The translations under genes were made by a program, and so were the position numbers. From contig CAKZYI010000074.1 of the NCBI GenBank assembly GCA_937884735.1, forward strand, positions 1-8,037: DNA of 8,037 bases, given 5' to 3'. Under the pieces are notes generated by a model. The model made no database searches. It saw only the letters and a program-made list of their open reading frames with translations, and was not told where the DNA came from. The stretch is from an uncultured Pleurocapsa sp. (GTDB taxonomy: Bacteria > Cyanobacteriota > Cyanobacteriia > Cyanobacteriales > Xenococcaceae). Below, in pieces: positions 4,907-8,037 of this stretch. Positions within the stretch are counted from its first letter, which is position 1; each line of letters starts with the position of its first letter.

Positions 4907-6559
4907 TTATTTACGGCGATGGGAATCGTTGTGGAGAATGTCTTCGACCATAATTTCGACGATAGTTGTGACAAAATCCCAGACACTTTCGGCAAAAGGA
5001 AACTTGGCAAAACGTTTCATGAAATTGGCTTTGGCATCGGACGAACGAAGTTTTTGCAGGAGGTCAAAGGAAAACTGCTGGGGTGAAAAACTGTTTTTTG
5101 GTCTGGTTAACTTCAAACGAGATTTTTTCTTGGTGTAGCTGGCGCGGATAAATGCTTTCCCAGTGGATTTTGGCTTGAGCTTTTCTATTTCCTCACTGGA
5201 GATGTGGCATTTGTAGATACCGCCCCAGTTGGCAATGGTTCGGGCAAAAAACTCTACCCCAAAGGATTTATCGGCTATCCTGAGCTTGAATAAGTCAGAA
5301 GTAACTAAATAGGGGCGTAATGCCTTATGACGACTGATGGAACGCCCCTGACTGGTTAGAGATAGGGAAGATTCTTGGACGTATCGCTCTCCTACCTGTT
5401 GCGTAACCCATTTGGCACTATCGCTAGAAGCAGGAGTAAAGTAGACCTGAAAGCCACAGTTACCAAGAATGGCATTAGCTTTTTCCTTGCCATAGATTTG
5501 AAACATTGCCGATACGTCTTGCAGGACAATGGATGCGCGAAATCCTTTTGAAGTCAAAAATTGCAAAGCTACATCCAGTTTTGGCAGGGGTTTCCAGACA
5601 GGTAGCTCATCTGCACTAAAGAAGATAATCTTGTCACTTCTGTCTTCTTGACTGCCGATATAGCCCACCAAAGCTTCAAAGATAAATCTGACGATGGGGC
5701 TAGTGCTGTTCATGGTTTGGAGAGAGGCACTAAAGACGGTTACTACATCTTCTTCCCCAACTATGTCTTCGTAAGAGATCCACTGACTAGGTGGGGTATT
5801 ACGCTGGAGTTCGGCACAGGCTCGTAATTGGGAGACTGACGTATTTAACTGTGTCAGGATGCCAAATTTAGTATTAGCTCCCCCTTCATCTCCCAGCAGT
5901 TTGTCGGCTATTTCTTTGCTGGCGGGACATAGGGATAGGTATTCGATTAAATCTCCGATAGGTAGGGAACTGATATCAACAAAGTCATGGATGCCCCAGG
6001 TATTATCTTTGAGGTAAATCAGACATTGAATAATGGAGATCGCAACCTCCTGGGCAGACAACGCCCAGAATGGCTCTCCCTTATCGGGTACAGGAACAAT
6101 GATTGCTACCAGAGCTTTTATTAGCAGGGGATTGCCATCAACCATTCTGCCTACGTCAATCGCACCACTGCGAGCATCTTCTAGTTTGATAATATTGAGC
6201 TTAATTCCGCATTCATCGCAGAGAGGTTCAACCCAAGACAATAAGTCGCCTTTAGCATCGAGCAGAATCAGATTCTTGATATAGTCTGTATCAACCTTAA
6301 TTAATGACTGAAGAAATTGATTGTACATTAGGCTCTTACCAGACCTAGTTATGCCGAGCCACAACTGGTGAGAGCGGAGTTGTCTGAGGTCGAGCATTTT
6401 GCCGATTAACGAAACTACATTACGGTCGTTTCGTGGTGGTTCATCGCCCAAATGCGGTTGGCGATATTTAGCCTCTTTTTTGGCTTGGCTGCGCTGTTTT
6501 CTGCTCTTTCTGCGCTGTTCTAATTTATGAAATTTTGGTTTGCCAAATCCTTTGAACAT
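4907..6559 (-). CDS. T4CP-like (TraG/VirD4/TraD-family) P-loop ATPase with a basic N-terminus and no TM anchor
   Basis: Walker A GITRSGKS is at 6355-6332 and Walker B IIFFSADELPVW at 5629-5594. Next come SIVLQDVSAMFQIYGKEKANAILGNCGFQVYF (Q-x5-Q-x-YG box) and TPASSDSAKWVTQQVG. The first ~65 aa are K/R-rich (KPKFHKLEQRRKSRKQRSQAKKEAKYRQ) and contain no hydrophobic segment. Confidence 0.75.
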   Translation of the reverse strand: MFKGFGKPKFHKLEQRRKSRKQRSQAKKEAKYRQPHLGDEPPRNDRNVVSLIGKMLDLRQLRSHQLWLGITRSGKSLMYNQFLQSLIKVDTDYIKNLILLDAKGDLLSWVEPLCDECGIKLNIIKLEDARSGAIDVGRMVDGNPLLIKALVAIIVPVPDKGEPFWALSAQEVAISIIQCLIYLKDNTWGIHDFVDISSLPIGDLIEYLSLCPASKEIADKLLGDEGGANTKFGILTQLNTSVSQLRACAELQRNTPPSQWISYEDIVGEEDVVTVFSASLQTMNSTSPIVRFIFEALVGYIGSQEDRSDKIIFFSADELPVWKPLPKLDVALQFLTSKGFRASIVLQDVSAMFQIYGKEKANAILGNCGFQVYFTPASSDSAKWVTQQVGERYVQESSLSLTSQGRSISRHKALRPYLVTSDLFKLRIADKSFGVEFFARTIANWGGIYKCHISSEEIEKLKPKSTGKAFIRASYTKKKSRLKLTRPKNSFSPQQFSFDLLQKLRSSDAKANFMKRFAKFPFAESVWDFVTTIVEIMVEDILHNDSHRRK

Positions 6560-6585
6560 TTTTAGTTATTAATGAACGTGAATAG

Positions 6586-6601
6586 GGGCGATTTCTCGCC
6601 C
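6586..6601 (-). promoter_or_regulatory. Intergenic stem-loop with a GAAA tetraloop between the membrane-protein gene and the T4CP-like gene
   Basis: The minus-strand RNA is GGGCGA-GAAA-UCGCCC, a perfect 6-bp GC-rich stem with a GNRA loop. It lies 13 nt after stop 6615-6617 and 26 nt before start 6559. No U-run follows it. Confidence 0.45.
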
Positions 6602-6614
6602 TAATGTGGAACTA

Positions 6615-7904
6615 CTAAGAATCTTTATTGAAGTCACCTAGATCGGTTATGCTGCCGTCAAGAGAGCGATTGATACTCGCAATTTCTGCCTTAAAATCGT
6701 TGATTTCTGATTCGGCAAGGCTTTGTTCTTCATTGAGATTCAAAACTAAGCGTTTGAACTGAACGCTGTCATCGCTATAAGAGCCTTTCTGTCTGATTTT
6801 CAGTAGATTTTCGCGGATGAAGGAAATCAGGAATTTACGATTTACGATTTTGGTAGCGAGTAAGTCTTTTTTGAGTTTGAGTACCTTGAGCTTGGTGGAG
6901 GGAAAAGGGATGCGCTCCGATCGACGAATCTTGAGATTTTCCGCTTCTTCCTCAGCTTCAATCCGTTCTTTTTCTGCTTTAAATGTTTCTAAGAAAGCAT
7001 CGGATATTTCTTGAGAATCCCTGGCTGCGGTCATCTCTCGATAAGCCTGTTCGGTAATGGATGTACCCCTGTAGGCTTCTCGACCTGTGAGTTCGTCTAG
7101 AAAACCATTAATTGCCTCAATTTTTGCCCTTAGTCGGGGAATATCGATGCTATCGAGGATTTCTTGGTACTTTTGGCAGATTTTTTCACTGGCTTCATCT
7201 TTACCAACCATTGAAAAACGCAGATAGCCGATAGTTATGGGCATGGCGAAGACCAAAGCACTTAGGGCAATGGAGATAGCAGTTTCGCCACTGTTAAGGA
7301 CGTTAACCATCACTACCTCAGATATCAGTACCCCAATACCAGACATTATCGCGATCTTAACTGTCTTATTAAGCCGATAGTCTGCGTGGACTTTATTAAC
7401 AGTTTTGATGAACCCCTCAAGTTGAGACACTGTGAGAGGGCTGGTAACTTCTGGAGGGTCTAGTTCGGAACGTCCTCCTGCTGCTTCTACCTTTTCAGAC
7501 TCTAAATCCTTGATCTTTAAACGATAATCTTGGGAAAAGTGAACGATAGTGAGAATTTTGCTAATGCAGTACTCGATTATAAATACCAGAACAAAGGCGA
7601 TTCCTACTATCACAATTAGGTTGTCTTGACCTTCTTTGGTAGCTTGGCTTTGGACGATTTTGGTATTGAAAATCGCTGCCACTGCCGTTGCGACGATGAG
7701 AATTATTTCACTGAGAGCATTTATCTTGGCATAGTAGGCAGGAATACCTTCGATACAAGCATCGGCTCGTCCTTTTTCCTTGGCAAGACTCATCACCTGG
7801 GGTTTGACCTGGATCAGTTCAAACTGGGATTGGGAAGCGATGTTTCTGGCATCAATATCGGGTATCGCGACAGTTGTTTTGGTTCTTTTATTTCTTCTAC
7901 TCAT
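6615..7904 (-). CDS. Hypothetical membrane protein: two 2-TM hairpins followed by a long coiled-coil-like C-terminal region
   Basis: Hydrophobic segments are LSEIILIVATAVAAIF, LIVIVGIAFVLVFIIEYCI, IAIMSGIGVLISEVVMVNVL and AISIALSALVFAMPITIGYL. The C-terminal ~190 aa are E/K/R/L-rich. The ATG at 7904 is preferred: the ORF-track start 7940 is a TTG, and the ATG overlaps the stop of an upstream open frame (ATGAGTAG). Confidence 0.65.
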   Translation of the reverse strand: MSRRNKRTKTTVAIPDIDARNIASQSQFELIQVKPQVMSLAKEKGRADACIEGIPAYYAKINALSEIILIVATAVAAIFNTKIVQSQATKEGQDNLIVIVGIAFVLVFIIEYCISKILTIVHFSQDYRLKIKDLESEKVEAAGGRSELDPPEVTSPLTVSQLEGFIKTVNKVHADYRLNKTVKIAIMSGIGVLISEVVMVNVLNSGETAISIALSALVFAMPITIGYLRFSMVGKDEASEKICQKYQEILDSIDIPRLRAKIEAINGFLDELTGREAYRGTSITEQAYREMTAARDSQEISDAFLETFKAEKERIEAEEEAENLKIRRSERIPFPSTKLKVLKLKKDLLATKIVNRKFLISFIRENLLKIRQKGSYSDDSVQFKRLVLNLNEEQSLAESEINDFKAEIASINRSLDGSITDLGDFNKDS

Positions 7905-8037
7905 GATTTTGGGTGGTAGTGGTGTTTTGAGGTGTTTCAATTACGTGGCGATCTCGAATTCTGTCGATTTCATCAAACACGGCGGTAGCTCTGGAAGTGA
8001 AGAAGAAATCGTACTGGGAGAGGGTAGCGTTTAACTT
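7897..8037 (-). CDS. Possible 3' end of an upstream operon gene (partial, hypothetical)
   Basis: The minus-strand frame is open from the window edge to TAG 7899-7897: ...KLNATLSQYDFFFTSRATAVFDEIDRIRDRHVIETPQNTTTTQNHE*. It overlaps ATG 7904 of the next gene by 8 nt, which is typical operon coupling. It is absent from the ORF track because it has no Met. Confidence 0.3.
   Translation of the reverse strand, partial: KLNATLSQYDFFFTSRATAVFDEIDRIRDRHVIETPQNTTTTQNHE

Noticed and set aside
4857-5138. Plus-strand ORFs 4857-5138 and 4877-5086
   Set aside because: Both are antisense to the motif-supported T4CP-like and HTH genes. They have no recognisable motifs and are mutually overlapping frames.
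6033-6284. Plus-strand 83-aa ORF
   Set aside because: It lies wholly antisense within the T4CP-like ATPase gene, and its S/T/I/P-rich translation is typical of a shadow frame.
6817-8034. Plus-strand ORFs 6817-7014, 7626-7919 and 7780-8034
   Set aside because: They are antisense to the 441-aa membrane-protein gene and to the partial upstream frame. None has motifs, so they are treated as shadow ORFs.
1-8037. CRISPR arrays, tRNA or rRNA genes, transposase/IS elements, oriT/nic site
   Set aside because: No spaced direct repeats, no cloverleaf-like or rRNA-like segments, no terminal inverted repeats with a transposase ORF, and no relaxase gene or convincing nic-type inverted repeat could be identified by eye.

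Overview
This 8-kb window reads like cargo-bearing conjugative plasmid or ICE DNA. It is probably cyanobacterial, but that is inference from one HIP1 GCGATCGC site and the NB-ARC/TPR architecture. The left edge (1-658, +) is the 3' part of a TrwB/TraD/VirD4-type coupling protein (T4CP). The right half (3927-8037, -) is one operon: a partial ORF, a 4-TM plus coiled-coil membrane protein, a second T4CP-like ATPase that lacks a TM anchor, and two MerR-like HTH proteins. Between these convergent blocks lies a visibly AT-richer island (about 659-3842) carrying an NLR-like (STAND) module. That module starts with a 150-aa helical ORF that has an N-terminal hydrophobic helix and a Q/N-rich, beta-prone tail. 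An NB-ARC + TPR NTPase follows in the same reading frame across a single TGA (1345-1347). The NTPase has no AUG/GUG/UUG that could include its own conserved FVGRE box and P-loop, and it ends in a C-terminal transmembrane tail anchor. The candidate novel system is this effector / amyloid-like motif / stop codon / sensor arrangement. It could be a recoded or readthrough-dependent NLR death module, or a freshly pseudogenised fusion. No rRNA, tRNA, CRISPR array or transposase was recognised. All domain calls come from motifs read by eye, and no database search was possible.
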